Below are positions 62,212-64,000 of a stretch of 64,000 nucleotides of DNA, in pieces (within the stretch, counting starts at the first letter, position 1; each line of letters starts with the position of its first letter). Both the position numbers and the translations under genes were made by a program. The DNA comes from an uncultured delta proteobacterium (GTDB taxonomy: Bacteria; Desulfobacterota; Binatia; UBA9968): NCBI GenBank assembly GCA_963760795.1, contig CAVXEP010000004.1, forward strand, positions 96,001 through 160,000, written 5' to 3'. The notes beneath the pieces were generated by a model, which was not told where the DNA came from, did no database searches, and worked only from the letters and a program-made list of their open reading frames with translations.

Positions 62212-63231
62212 ATGTTGAGGACCCTTGACGCCGCTAAATCTTGGTGCGCCCTCTCGCTATTTGCGTCCTGCTTTTTGTCTTTCGCCGGCCATGCCGTCGG
62301 CGCCGAGAAAATCACCGCGATCTATTCTTCCTATTCGGTGTCTTATTCTCTCCCGTGGATCGCGCGCGAGGCCGGTTTGTTTCGCAAACATAATGTCGAC
62401 GCCGATCTGGTTTACATTCCATCATCGGGCATCGCCACTGCGGCTTTGCTCAGCGGCGAAGGCGATGTCGCGTTGGCTGGGGGCGTGGGGTTTGTCCGGG
62501 CCTTTGCTCAGGGCGCCACCGATTTGGTCTTCATCGGCAGCTTCAAAAATTTTCTCACCTTCGCCGTCATGGGCAAAGCCGAGCTGCAAAAACCGGAAGC
62601 GCTCAAAGGCAAGCGGGTCGGGGTCACGCGCTTGGGCAGCAATAGCCATTATTTTCTGCTGCAGCTCCTGCGCAAGGTCGGCTACGAGCCCGGTCGCGAC
62701 GTCACGATCCTGCAAATTGGTTCCGAGAACGAAGTGTTCGCCGCTCTGGCAAACGGCGCCATCGATGCCGGCGTCGTGCCGCCGCCGCTCGACGCGCGCG
62801 CCGTCGCTCAAGGCTTTCGCTATGTTTATGCCGCTTTCGGCCCTGAACAAGGGATTCCCTATCCCGCGGCAAATATTGTCACGCGCCGCTCGCTGTTGGA
62901 AAAACGCTCGGCGATCTTCACACCGTTCATGCGCGCCCTGGGCGAGGCATCGAAAATTTTGCACACCGATCGCGAATTTTCCTACAAAGTGTTCGAAAAA
63001 CTTTTCCGGGTGAGCGACCGCAAACTGGTTGAGCACGCTTACAATGCAGAGATCAAAGTCATGGAGCGGCGCTTCGATATCAGCACAAAAGCGATCCAGG
63101 CGGTGCTCGACGATGCGGCGAAGACCGATCCCAAAGCCGCCAAAGTCAACGTCGCGGATATGATCGATCGGCGCTATCTCGACGAAATGGACAAAAGCGG
63201 TTTCTTCAATCGAGTCTGGTCGGGAAAATAG
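62212..63231 (+). CDS. NitT/TauT substrate-binding protein (Grd-like locus 2)
   Basis: Signal peptide. WIAREAGLFRKHNVD and LKGKRVGVTRLGS motifs. Confidence 0.9.
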   Translation: MLRTLDAAKSWCALSLFASCFLSFAGHAVGAEKITAIYSSYSVSYSLPWIAREAGLFRKHNVDADLVYIPSSGIATAALLSGEGDVALAGGVGFVRAFAQGATDLVFIGSFKNFLTFAVMGKAELQKPEALKGKRVGVTRLGSNSHYFLLQLLRKVGYEPGRDVTILQIGSENEVFAALANGAIDAGVVPPPLDARAVAQGFRYVYAAFGPEQGIPYPAANIVTRRSLLEKRSAIFTPFMRALGEASKILHTDREFSYKVFEKLFRVSDRKLVEHAYNAEIKVMERRFDISTKAIQAVLDDAAKTDPKAAKVNVADMIDRRYLDEMDKSGFFNRVWSGK

Positions 63232-63437
63232 AACTGGAACTTGCCGAAGCCCGTTCAAAACGTTCAAGTCGTTCAATCGCTGCGCTCCGTTCAATCCATG
63301 GCCGATCATATCTTTCTTCGTATCTGCGCTATTTGGGACAAGCCTGCATGATTGTACAAGGAATCATCCGGCCGGCGCCGGAGCTACGCGCCCTACCGCT
63401 ATCAGCCGCCGCTCGTCTGGATCGACAGATTGAAAGC

Positions 63438-63451
63438 TATCATATATGATA
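63438..63451. promoter_or_regulatory. Perfect 14-bp palindrome, probable TA operator
   Basis: TATCATATATGATA just upstream of the toxin ATG. Confidence 0.65.
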
Positions 63452-63464
63452 ATCTGTAAGCGCC

Positions 63465-63803
63465 ATGAAATTGACCATCCGAGAGTACCTGACGCCGCAA
63501 GGCAAAAGTCCCTTCCGGAATTGGTTAAAGAGTCTCGATCTTGCCGTGCAGGCGCGCATTCAAGCGCGGGTGCTGCGATTTGAGAACGGCAATTTGGGCG
63601 ATCACAAAACTGTTGGTGGCGGGGTCTGGGAAGCGCGTTTGGATTTCGGACCAGGATACCGGCTATATTTTGGCAAAGATGGCGCTGCGGTAATCTTGCT
63701 GTTGGTCGGTGGCGACAAAGCGTCGCAGTCCAAGGATATCGACGCGGCGAAACGTTACTGGAATGACTTTAGGAAAGAGGTGAAACATGGCTCGACGCAG
63801 TAA
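63465..63803 (+). CDS. RelE-like addiction-module killer protein (HigB-like)
   Basis: GKSPF..W, GNLGDHK.VGGGVWE.RLDFGPGYRLYF, LLVGGDK.SQ.KDI. Confidence 0.92.
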   Translation: MKLTIREYLTPQGKSPFRNWLKSLDLAVQARIQARVLRFENGNLGDHKTVGGGVWEARLDFGPGYRLYFGKDGAAVILLLVGGDKASQSKDIDAAKRYWNDFRKEVKHGSTQ

Positions 63804-64000
63804 GGATTGGAACGTTGGCTTAGCGCAGGATCTGCGCGATCCGCGGTTTGCTCGTGAGTTTCTCTTGGCCGCTATCGAGGAGGGCGTGTCGATTCAGATC
63901 GCCTTGGGCAAGGTGATCCGAGCCATCGGGATAAAGAGTTCTCCGCGAAAATCGGCATGCCAGCCTCACATCCTTTCCAACATCCTGCGGGCGATTCATC
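63787..64000 (+). CDS. Addiction-module antidote (HTH), partial or disrupted at the window end
   Basis: MARRSKDWN..LAQDLRDP.FAREFLLAAIEEG..ALGKVIRA.G. Overlaps the toxin gene. Confidence 0.75.
   Translation, partial: MARRSKDWNVGLAQDLRDPRFAREFLLAAIEEGVSIQIALGKVIRAIGIKSSPRKSACQPHILSNILRAIH

Overview
A 64-kb window from a GC-rich bacterium. The many NitT/TauT-type and ABC substrate-binding proteins, luciferase-like monooxygenases and the tsaE-lysC-cimA-cysE-mnmA-mtaB-rnc run suggest a Deltaproteobacteria-like lineage such as Binatota (inference only). About ten genes, including mnmA and cysE, carry single-base indels, which points to long-read assembly errors rather than real pseudogenes. The ORF track misses three selenoproteins, each with an in-frame TGA and a SECIS-like hairpin. 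One is a UxxC peroxiredoxin-like protein next to bolA-grxD. The other two are GrdB-like subunits in separate atypical glycine-reductase-B loci. These loci have GrdE-like partners lacking the canonical cleavage Cys, are paired with solute-binding proteins, and have no grdA/C/D in the window. An accessory island (~46.6-59.3 kb) holds several toxin-antitoxin cassettes, a DUF6602-like putative nuclease, an IS1182 element and a cassette bounded by ~207-bp direct repeats. That cassette encodes an apparent split NLR: a TIR-STAND NTPase with no sensor domain, translationally coupled to an upstream helical-repeat sensor gene. Intergenic spaces contain several families of short-period tandem-repeat hairpins.
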